Source: Rhina ancylostomus (Eukaryota). Taken from it: DNA of 64,000 nt. The stretch spans positions 45,887,429 through 45,951,428 of the forward strand of contig JARFYF010000104.1 in assembly GCA_030265395.1 (NCBI GenBank). The letters are read 5' to 3'. The notes beneath the pieces were generated by a model. That model did no database searches, was not told where the DNA came from, and saw nothing but the letters and a program-made list of their open reading frames with translations. This document shows positions 54,012 through 64,000 of this stretch, one piece after another; positions within the stretch are counted from its first letter, which is position 1, and each line of letters opens with the position of its first letter. The translations under genes and the position numbers were made by a program.

Positions 54012-54936
54012 CTGCTGCAAAAGTTTGGCCTCTGTTGGCAGCAGTGATATTCACTGATGTCAAGATGGACATGTCAACTGTTACAATGAAAAAAACAATG
54101 ACACCATCCTTTCAAAAAATTTCCTGAAAAAGATGCTAGATCTTTTATGATATTTAAGAAACAAGTTGTGGTTTTTAACTAAGAGCATCTCTGACACTCC
54201 CAGGTAGTTCCTAAATTGGAAATTGCTGGTTTAAGATGATTGCAAGTAGTTACAAATAAAATACTGACATCAACTCTTAACATCTTGGTGAAGGCATCAC
54301 CTTTTAAACTCTCCTGAAATTTTCAGAATTTAGAAAACTTATATTTAAGCAAAGTTACAACTGACTAGACAGAATTTCCAAGTATCAACATTATTTAAAT
54401 GTATGTCCCTAAAAATGTATTGAACTCTATTCCTTTTAATGGCTCATGGATCAGTTGGGACCTTTTGGCATTTTGGTGGTTTTCAGCCACACTCATCCCT
54501 TTGCACCAGGAGCATTGCTTCCGAGGGAATACATTTCCTTTTTCTTTAAAAGCCCTGCAATCTCCAAGAGGATTGAATCACATAAAACAAGAATTGATAC
54601 TCACTAGATGCAAGGGTTAAGAAAAGTTCATCCGTCTCAATGATTGACATGTTTTATGGGTGAGAACACCCAGGGCTGAGTCTTACCTGATAGATGGACA
54701 ATTCTGAATAGAAGCACTCTGGCCCAATTTGCCTATAATTTTCCTGTAATTCACTTTGAATGTAACTAATATTAACCCCTCCGTCCAACTGTTTATGGCA
54801 GCAGAGAAGAAATCTACATTACCTTGAACAGCAAATGTCTGATCTAGATAAGTTCTTCGTTGACCTACACTGAAAGTGAGTGTAACAGTATCAGTGTATA
54901 ACAATGACTTCATGGTGGCTATTTGTTAAGACAAGA

Positions 54937-55220
54937 CATCTTTATTAGTCCATCGAAACACACAGTGAAATGCATCTTTTGTGTAGAGTGTTCTGGGGGC
55001 AGCCCACAAGTGTCGCCACACTGCCGGTGCCAACATAGCATGCCCACAACTTCCTAACCCATATATCTTGGGAATGTGGGAGAAAACTGGATCACCTGGA
55101 GGAAACCTATGCAGTCACAGGGAGAAAGTACAAGCTCCTTACAGACAGTGGCTGGAATTGAATCTGGGTCGCTGGCACTGCATTAGAGTTATGCTAACTG
55201 CTACACTACTGTGCCTGCCC
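54937..55220 (-). mobile_element. V-SINE with Rex1-like 3' tail
   Basis: Collinear with 21154-21441. Confidence 0.85.
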
Positions 55221-56090
55221 TTAGGAATAGTAAAGGGAAAAAATAACTGGTGGGAGTTGTCTATAGGCCACCAAATAATAACATTACCGTGGCACAGGCA
55301 ATAAACCAAGAAATAGATGTAGCAGAGGAATCGGAGAGTCTACAGATAGATATAGAGTGGTTAAGTGAGTGGGCAAGGGTCTGGCAGATGGAATACGATT
55401 TTGGTAAATGCGAGGTCATCCATTTCGGAAGGAAATATAGAAGACCAGATTATTATTTAAATGGTGAAAGATTGCAGCACGCTGTTGTGCAGAGGGACTC
55501 GGGAGTGCTTGTCCATGAATTGCAAAAGTTTATTTCAACTGTACAGGGTACTGGTGAGGCTGCACCTGGAGCACTGCATGCAGTTCTAGTCTCCTTACTT
55601 GAGGAAAGATATACAGGCTTTGGAGGCAGTGCAGAGGAGGTTCACCAAGTTGATTCTGGAGATGAGGGGGTTAGCCTATGAGGAGAGTTTGAGTTGCCTG
55701 GGACTCGATGGACTTCAGAAGAATGAGAGGAAATCCTGTAGAAACATATAAAATTATGAAAGGATAGATAAGATAGAGGCAGGGAAATTGTTTCCATTGG
55801 TGAGACTAGAACTAGGGGACATAGTCTAGATTTGGGACAGATGAGGAGAATGCTTTTCCCAGAGTAGTGAATCCAAGGTATTCTCTGCCAAGGGAAGCAG
55901 TAGAGGCTACTTCATTAAATGTATTTAAAACATGGTTAGATTTTTGCATAGTAGGGGAATTGAGGATTATGGGGAAAAGGCAGGTCGGTGGTGCTGAGTC
56001 CATGGTCAGATCAACCATGATCTTATTGAATGGTGGAACAGGGTCAATGGGCCATATGGTCTACTCATGCTCCTTTGTGTTCTTGTGTAA
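55221..56090 (+). mobile_element. Internally deleted CR1 LINE
   Basis: GVVYRPPNNN (endonuclease) is joined directly to LQIDIEWLSEWARVWQMEY (late RT), followed by the CR1 3' end. Confidence 0.88.
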
Positions 56091-56319
56091 GATCTCGGGT
56101 GAATTTGTATGCATAAGTGTGCATCTCATTCAGACATGATATGACAGGCTTTTCCAAGAAGTACAACTTTAAAATTTACAATCATTTTAATTACAAATGT
56201 GTGACAGTTGTCACTGAAGAAGTAATGGGTAATAAAATATTATAATTCACTGTAGGTAATGTATTTCCAGTGAATTAATGATTTGATAATCTAATTACAA
56301 AATAAGTGAAATAACACAT

Positions 56320-57290
56320 TTAAAATTTGAAGGTGCAAAATTCAGAACAGTTCCCCAAACCTCAGTGATGTCTCCATAATTGTACAATTTCTCTCAGCAG
56401 CTCTTAAATTAATTCCCAGAGTGTGCAGTTGGAATGGAGTACTGTACTCGTTTTCCTGTTTGTTCACATATGGCTTGTAAACCTTTACAAGTGAAGGAAT
56501 ATCCTTTGTCTGCATGTAAACAGGCAGGACTTCCAGCATGCAGGAATATTGAGATCTGGGGTGTTGTGACGGGAGCGGTCTCTCTACATGTAGTGAGAAC
56601 TAACCACATATATCATGTACAAAGATCAACTATCACAAGAATATACTTATTTGGTTTCTGATTAAGGTGGGCTGCCTTGAAGTGCTGGAAATGGGCCTAC
56701 ATAATCAACTTGCCACACCTGCATCGGTGCCTTTGGCTTTATTTGTCTCTTTGGAGGTGGTCTTGTAACTTCTTTATTATAGGCCAGACATTCTTTACAA
56801 TTTGCAATTTACAATCAATCAACATACAAGGCCACCAGTATAAATGGCTAATTTTGCGCGAGTGGCTCGTCTGCCACCATGATCGTGTCCAAATCTTTGG
56901 GCTTCTCAAATCAGATCTTCCTGCTTATTAGCAGGAGGTGTTTGCTGCTTGTCTTTTCTAGGGCACCTTGCCTTCACCATCAGCCTTGTATGCTACTAAA
57001 CCCAATTCCAAAGGATTTCCAACACAGTAAAATACAAGAGTACTCTTGGAACATCATCCTGTTTTTTTTTAATTTGTTGCTGACTTACTACCATAACCTT
57101 GGCCTCCCTTACAGTAGCAATGTCCATCCCAGCAGCTTGCTTTGCTTGTTCATTGGCTAATTTATTACTATAGCTGTGCAAGTGACCTGCAGTATGTCCC
57201 AGGATGTGAAACACTTGTACTAACGGCTGAGTCAATAATAATTTGGTCTTCCACATGGACAAGTGTGAAAGAGGTTTCCCTCCATGCTCA
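56320..57290 (-). pseudogene. pol: Foamy-virus-like pol: RNase H C-terminus + integrase
   Basis: GKPLSHLSMWK..HILGH..HSYSNKLANEQA (RNase H); PPANKQEDLI*EA..HDHGGRRATRAKLA-LYWWPCMLID..CKECL..N (Zn-binding domain); WQVDYVGPFP; YILVIVDLCT*YMWL; LHADKGYSFT..YSIP. Confidence 0.85.
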
Positions 57291-57484
57291 ATTTGAGGAG
57301 CATCAAATGTATTCTGTATTTCTGTTATACTATCGATGTGTTCATAATATTGACCAGCATTTGCCTGAGCAGTTACTACAACCAGGATGTCAGCTATTTA
57401 TAGTATTAGGTGGTGTGCCATAGCACTTATTGAGCATGCTCTACATTGGACAACTGCTAATTAATATTAACTATCAATACTCGT

Positions 57485-57502
57485 GCTCCACATTGGGCGA
57501 CA
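57485..57502 (-). promoter_or_regulatory. Primer binding site, tRNA-Lys1,2 type
   Basis: TGTCGCCCAATGTGGAGC versus canonical TGGCGCCCAACGTGGGGC (15/18), 2 nt after the LTR-terminal CA. Confidence 0.8.
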
Positions 57503-57504
57503 TC

Positions 57505-58277
57505 TGTGATGTTGAGTGTAACCATTCTAGAGCCCTAAACTTGAGCTAAGAACTCGAGTCTTGTTAAAGATGGCTCAGTACCCTCACTTTAGGGAGAATA
57601 TATTGCATCAGCCTATTGTACAAAGACTAATTATTTAACAACTTTAGTCTCTTTTCTGAAGGGGTTCAGCTGTCAATAATCACTATTTCAGGTGGTGGGC
57701 CCCCCACCCTCCCAAACAAGGAGGAGATACTTCCAGCTAACAAAGCAAATTAAAGCCCATTATTTTATTTTAAATGGACCACATTTATTTTGAGGAGTAA
57801 TTAATAACAACGTAATTCTACAAAGTATTTCCAAACACAAGTAAAATTCTTACAAACTAGAGAAACATACCAATGAGTTGCAGACAAATGTGTCGTTCGT
57901 CACAGAAAGAAGAGGTCCTCCTCGGGTTGAGGCTCATAAGTGAACTCCATCGNNNNNNNNNNNNNATCTCTAACTCTTCTCCACCCTTATTGCCTTCCAA
58001 TGTTTATATTTTTTCACAGTTATCTAGTGATGACCTCATCTGCATGTGATGTTTTCACAACTGGATTGATCGGGTCAGATGGCAGGAGGGTTGGGTTAAC
58101 TCTGTTACGTCAACAATGGCTTCCTGAGCCTGGACAGTGTTGTTTCTCAAGAGGATGGGTAAATAGTACTTGTTAAAGATTAACAGTAAACATCCTGAGT
58201 CTTAGACAGTTTCTTCTACTGTGCTAAAAAGCTGAGTTTAGCAAAAAGCTTTCTGAACTTGGTGAATATCAATCACA
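57505..58277 (-). mobile_element. 5' LTR of the foamy-like provirus (distal boundary uncertain)
   Basis: Ends ..ATCACA next to the PBS; TATAAA 58008-58003; AATAAA 57789-57784; possible TGTGAT start at 58277; R-U5 homologue at 59956-60316. Confidence 0.65.
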
Positions 58278-58619
58278 AGGCATACAGCACTGGCTTTCTG
58301 ATTGCTCTGATGTATTAACCCCAGTGACATACAAAACTTATGGACTATGCAGAATATCCTAGATAAATTCCTATTCAGGCTTAGAAATTTCTGTTGTATT
58401 GTGCACAATTCATACATGCAATCTAATATGTTTTCTCTCTTAAATATATTAAAGATGATTTACTATATAGATCCACAATGTTCCTTCTGTGTCCTTGTGA
58501 TTTTTTTTTCCCCTCCCCTGTGACCAGGTATAGCACAGGTCACTAATGCAACAACACAACATCATGGAGCATGCAGCGAAGAGGGAATTTGGCACCTCTT
58601 TAAGCAAACTGAATGAACA

Positions 58620-59640
58620 GTTAAGAATTTCTTTTATTCCAAAATAAACTTTATTCATAATAAAAGGCAAACTATATACAATATAAAACAGTGCAAGCCA
58701 CTACATTCTTGTACAGATCATTCATTAGTGTCACCTTTTAACATAAGAAACAGCACCGATGCCACATGTGTGGCTCCCTAGGGGCTACCCGGTCATGTAT
58801 TTGCAATATTTAGGGGCTTTCTTGCCTGACTCCACCCCTACCTCTCCAGTGGCAGAAGAACCCTAAACTGTAGTCCTTCCCCACTGAGACCTTGTGTTGG
58901 CTGCACCCAGCTTCAGTGCATCCCTCAGCACGTACTCCTGCGGCCTGGAATGTGCCAGTCAGCAGCATTTCCCTACGGACATCTCGCAGTGCTGGAAGAC
59001 CAATAAGTTTTGTGCAGACCAAAGGACATCTTTCACTGAGTTGATGACCTTCCAGCAGCTGTTGATGTCTGTGTGTCCCTGGGAACAGCCTGTAGATCAG
59101 AGAATCCTCTGTTATGCAGCTGCTGGGGATGAACCGTGACAAGGACCCTTGCATCTTTTGCCACAACTTCCTCGCAAACTCACAGCCCACAAAGAGNNNN
59201 NNNNNNNNNNNNNNNNNNNNNNNNNNNNNNNNNNNNNNNNNNNNNNNNNNNNNNNNNNNNNNNNNNNNNNNNNNNNNNNNNNNNNNNNNNNNNNNNAGCA
59301 CAGGTTTGGTCCAGGTGGATCACCTGTCCCAGAGCAGACTTGACCCTGTTGACGATGGCCTTGGACAGGATCTTATAATCCACATTCAGTAGTGAGGTAG
59401 GTGTCCAATTTCTGATATCCATCCTCTCCCCCTACTGCTTGTGGATGAAGAGTTAAGAATTAACTCTCTAGTCCTTGCACTGTTAAGTGTTATCCAGACT
59501 GGTTGAGTTGACATTGTATTCCAGTAATAAGAAACAGGTAGTGGGCAGGGTCTGGGGTCAGGCTTGATGTAGGCAGAGACTTTGCACAGGACTTGTTGAT
59601 GGGGGCTGTGGGCAGAGCCACCACAAACTCCAGCGCATAA
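58620..59640 (-). mobile_element. L1-Tx1 LINE fragment
   Basis: DIRNWTPTSLLNVDYKILSKAIVNRVKSALGQVIHLDQTCA; C-terminal LFVGCEFARKLW; AATAAA-containing tail. Confidence 0.88.
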
Positions 59641-59955
59641 CAATATCCAAGAACATCACAGGCTCAAATGGTTAAATGATAATTAAATATAAAATCTGTA
59701 GATGCTGAAAATCTAAAATAAAAATGGAAAATACTGGTGCTGGGGATTATTCTGGGGTTATGAAATTGTGGATAGCAGGTGTTAAAATGAGACTGTAGAA
59801 CCAATCTTCAGGAAATAAAACCTATTCACAATTTTAACCTTAAATGATGTTTTAGGGGCATTGAAACCAATCATAGAAAAAAAATGACTGGGGTATTACA
59901 GAAAGAAGACCTTGAATTCATTCCTCAGCTGTTAGTTTTTGCAATGGACAACTTG

Positions 59956-60316
59956 TTTGTCTGCAACTTGTTGGTATGACTTTTCAGCTTGTAAGAATTG
60001 TACTTATTTTGGAAATCCTTTGTAAGTTGCAAGTTGTTGTTAAGAATTACTTATCAGAATTAAACGCATCTCACTTAAAATAGAACTGTTTAAATTGCTT
60101 CATTAGTTGGAAGCATCTTCTCCTTGGTGGAAGGAGGGACCCACTGTTTGAAAGTGATTATTGACAGTTGGACCTTTCCACAGAGAGTAAAGTAGTGAAG
60201 TAAACTAGTCCTTGAAATGTAGGTTGATACAGTATAATTTCCCTATAGAGAGCATACTTGTAGATGGAACTTAATCTTAAGTGTAGAGCTCTTGGACAGA
60301 ACATAGGTTTCCCACA
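59956..60316 (+). mobile_element. Second (inverted) copy of the foamy-like LTR R-U5
   Basis: Collinear with the reverse complement of 57888-57505; ends CCCACA; no PBS follows. Confidence 0.75.
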
Positions 60317-61199
60317 TTCCTTTTGTTATCATTGGGTTCACTGGAAAATGTTCCACTACAGTACAATATCTAAAAGTGAATTAAAAGTGTGTGTGAGTAT
60401 TTACAGCAGTAATATCCAATAGTCCAGAAAGTCTGGCACAAGCATCACAAGTTTTGAGGATGCCCCCCTATTATGGGGGGGTTAACTGTAATTGGCTTAT
60501 AGTAAACAAGCAAGGAAGTTGTGCTGAAGTTTCATTAAAACCAGATGGGTGCCAATTATAGACCATGAAGAATGTCAAAACCTTGTGATTGGTCTTCAAA
60601 TTCAGAAGAAAGTTGCAATTACAAAGCCAGCAATCTAAAACTTTGGTTATATGGAGGATCTGCAGAGATGTTCTCCTTCGATTTGGGTAAATGGAAAGCA
60701 GAATTGACTTGTGTGCAAATTCTAGAAGGGCTTGACAGGGTAAATAAAGAGTAAGTAACCAGATTTAAAATGATTTCCAAATTGATTTGAGTTAAAAAGA
60801 GGAGAAAAGAATAGCAATGAATTCTTTGGTAAGCACTGCCTGAGACGGTGACGGAAGCATAGTGTTGTATGTCTTCTGACTTTAGCCTTGCTTCTGGCAA
60901 AGCAGTGTGCACATGACTGCTTAGCAGAGCATGGATCAAGTTGCACGTTGTTGAGCACAAACCATCTCTCCAAATAGGGAAGCCAAACTGCACATTGAAA
61001 AGACTCCAAATGCTCAGTGGGTTATGCAACATCTATGGAGAGACCCAATGTTTCACATCAGAGCTTTTTCAGCTTGTTACGCTTGTCCAATGTAGCTCAA
61101 CAGAGCTTTGGGAAACAGTTACCACTCCTTCCAACTGGGTTCTTTATAGTCTTCTAAATGCAACACTAAGTTCATTGGCATTAAGAAGCAAAAGTCGCA

Positions 61200-63360
61200 A
61201 AGTATTGAAAATAATGAATGGGGAAATAGGGGACATATTAAGGTAGCTAAATCATCAGGATCAGTTAAGATATCTCTCAGGTTCTAAAAAGAAAGCAGCA
61301 GAGTCTACCTGTAACTTTTCAATGTCCTTTAGTTGCAGGCCTGGAGCCAGAGGACTGGAAAGTTGCTAGCATGAAAATATTTAGGAAGTGAAAAGGACTA
61401 ACCATGTGACTACAGAAAAGTTGGTCTAATTTCAGTGAGGGGGAATTATTGGAAAACTTCTGAGACAGAGCAAAAAATATCATTTTGGAAGCACAGGCTA
61501 ACCAGTGGCAGATGGTATGGGTTTGGTAAGAATAGATTATGTCTGAATAACTGAGTTGAATTTTTTGAGTTGACCAGGAGGGACAATGAGATTAGATCAT
61601 TTAATGTTGTAAGCATGGATTTTTGTAAGCCATTTGACAAGATCTCATGAAGATATTAAAATGAATCAAAAGGCAAGTTAGGTTAGGACTTTGTTCAGAG
61701 ATAAAGGGTAATTGGGTAATTGTCAATTGGTGGTGAAATATCTGGTGGGTTGTGTACAGTGTGTTTCCACAGGGAACAATACTTGGCCCTTGATTTTTGT
61801 GGTTACATAAATGGTTTGTACTAATTTATAGACTAATTTAAAAAGAAATGCTGATTTCAAAATTGGCAGTGAGTTGATATTGAGAAAGTTATTGGCTCAA
61901 GAAGATATTAATGGACTGAATAGATTGGCACAACAGTGGCAAATGTACTTAACAAACAGGACAACTGAACTGAAGAACAGAGAAACTATTACCTGTATTA
62001 AAATAATAGAACGATCTTGGAGTAGATAATATGGTTATCTACTTTACAGGTAGATAATGTGGTTAAGAAGGCAGACAGATATTTTCCTTGATTGACCAAG
62101 GTGTCAGGAAGAAGCAGCTACAATCAAGGGTTATAGTGTGGTAGCCATTTAATTCAAATAGCATCCAGCCTTCAAACTGTTTTCAAATGTAACATATCAG
62201 TCTTGAAATTACAAGGACAGCTGTGTATACAAACAACACTCTGTAAAGAGAGCAGGCTACCAACTCACAGCAGAAGGCCACTTAAGATGTATGGATGTAA
62301 ACTGACATGACTGTGATATACAGACAATAGGGCTATCTTAGGCCTGCATCAGACCTAGAATCAGACATCATGAGCTGAGATATTTTGCACTGTTATAACA
62401 GATCATGGAAGATTTCTGACTGGCTATTTTGCCACTTAGAACACCAAATGTGATCATAATACCCAGAGAGTCATTCACAATGCTGTGATAGATTTTCTGT
62501 CTCTAAAGCTTTTAGATCATCTGAACTATTTTGTTCTAACAAAGGTGTTTAAATATTCAGAATTGGTCTTGTCAGCTAAGATGTGTAATTCTATGGAACC
62601 ATTTAACCACACCCAAAATATTGAAGTGAACTATGCAATTATAATTAATGAAATTGTATGTGAACCTGTAACTTTGTGTTCAAAGTGTATAAAAGTTCAG
62701 AGTATAAAAGCTCAGTGGACTTTGAGTTTAGAGAGATTCTAGCACAAGATCTTCCCATCAATCTCCCCTGCATGACTCCTTGTGCTGAATAAATACCTGT
62801 TACATCTACAGTTTTGGTCTCTGTGGCTCATTCAGTCACAACATAAGGCATAAAACACAAGAGCAGGAGGTCATGCTAAAAATGTATAAGAGTGGTTAGA
62901 TCACAGCCAGAGTACTGTGTACCGTTAAGTTCACTGCACCAACAGATGTGATTGCACATCTGCAATGGTGCAAAAGAAATTCATGAGGACATTGCCAGAA
63001 ATGGAAAATTATTGCTCTGTACTGTCTAGGTTGAGGTAGTTTTCTTTTAAACAAAGGGAACTGAATGGAGATTTGTCTGCAGTGTGTGAACCAGGGGGAA
63101 CCAATTTAAGTTAACTGGTGGAAAGACTTGGAGGTTGAGAAAATACAATTTCACTCCAAGAGTGATGAGAATCTGGAACTTGCTTCCTGAAAGGGTGATG
63201 GAGGCAGAAATCTTCATTGCATTGCACAAGAAGAACCATTTCATGCAAGGTGATGGACCAACAGCTGTGGAATGGAATTATTCTAGAGATCTTGTTGATC
63301 CAACATGAAGACAATGGGCTAAATGGTCTCCTCCAGTGCCATAAATCTCCATGATGCTGT
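61200..63360 (+). mobile_element. Old CR1 RT and 3' fragments, split by an LTR
   Basis: MDFCKPFDKI and PQGTILGP remnants; CR1 3' end at about 63000-63355. Confidence 0.65.
62102..62843 (+). mobile_element. Solo LTR (742 bp)
   Basis: TG..CA termini inside CR1; near-TSD CAAGG/TAAGG; TATAAAA at 62688 and 62703; AATAAA 62788-62793. Confidence 0.65.
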
Positions 63361-63739
63361 GGCTTCTAGCATTCACATTATTTTTGCTTTTATATCAATC
63401 ATGTCATGCAAATGTTCAAAATGTCCTCCTAAGGAACCAATCAGAATTCTAGTTTGGCACACTTGCATTGCATAAAAGATGTAGGTAAATTACTCTGACC
63501 GCTTTAGTTTGTTTACCTATTAACTTTGTTGAATTCAGTGCACTACAATGGTTATCATTTTGTGAAGCTAACCACAAGCTGTGCTACTCAAACAGTGACT
63601 TTTATACATTTGAGTTCTAAATGTATTCTCTCCATTTGACACTGCTGTACAATAATGTGCACACCATTATTTACACACAAGCCTCACTGATTTTTGACAG
63701 CAAAATTCTGGTTTATTCTTATTGTTGGTAATTACAGGA

Positions 63740-64000
63740 AAATCTTTAAATAGCACCTTCCATTACCTCGGGTGTCCCAAGGAGCTTTAAAAACAATGAG
63801 GCATTTTCAGGTGTAGGTACTGTTATAACAGAAAACCCTGCAGTCAGTGTGTACTCTGCAAGTTCCCACAAATGGCGGTGCAATAACCATCACTGTTTTT
63901 GAGGCACCATGCTCCAGAGATAATACCACCTTCCTCTTAGAAATGCAATGGAATCTTTATGTCTACTTAAGAGGAAAGTGGCATCACTTGCAATGTATTA
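63740..64000 (-). mobile_element. Deu-SINE (SacSINE1-like)
   Basis: Reverse complement resembles the 3' half of the 52538 copy (GTGTCCCAA..GCAAGTTCCCACAAA..GGAATCTTT). Confidence 0.55.

Larger units (their letters stand above)
52900..56260 (-). pseudogene. env: Putative foamy-type env remnants, interrupted by CR1 and V-SINE
   Basis: Lies downstream of integrase; short motifs in foamy Env order: VLLG-PVIS (about 56150), IFRDI..VTLL-NIS..GD (54416-54293), RDLSLGNNY (53516-53490), NDIS, YLH (about 53240). Weak, judged by eye. Confidence 0.45.

Noticed and set aside
54687-54870. Minus-strand ORF ending at CAG|GTAAGA as a host exon
   Set aside because: No recognisable product; it lies within the putative viral env and is better explained by that.

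Overview
This is eukaryotic, repeat-rich, gene-poor DNA with many N gaps. The repeat set (HE1-like V-SINEs, SacSINE1-like Deu-SINEs, CR1, Rex1/Babar, Tx1, Penelope) points to a cartilaginous fish, probably a shark or ray (inference). I could not identify a host gene; one candidate exon is listed. The main find is a decayed, internally deleted foamy-virus-like (spumaretrovirus-like) provirus on the minus strand at about 52.9-58.3 kb. It has an LTR ending in CA, a tRNA-Lys1,2-type PBS, RNase H and integrase with foamy-like motifs, and weaker collinear env remnants. A second, inverted copy of the LTR R-U5 region lies at about 60.0-60.3 kb. Also present are a second ERV with a gamma-type env and 5-bp TSD (18.5-20.3 kb), a Gypsy element with a tRNA-Trp-like PBS, and several solo LTRs. 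All protein comparisons were made by eye against remembered family motifs; no searches were run.
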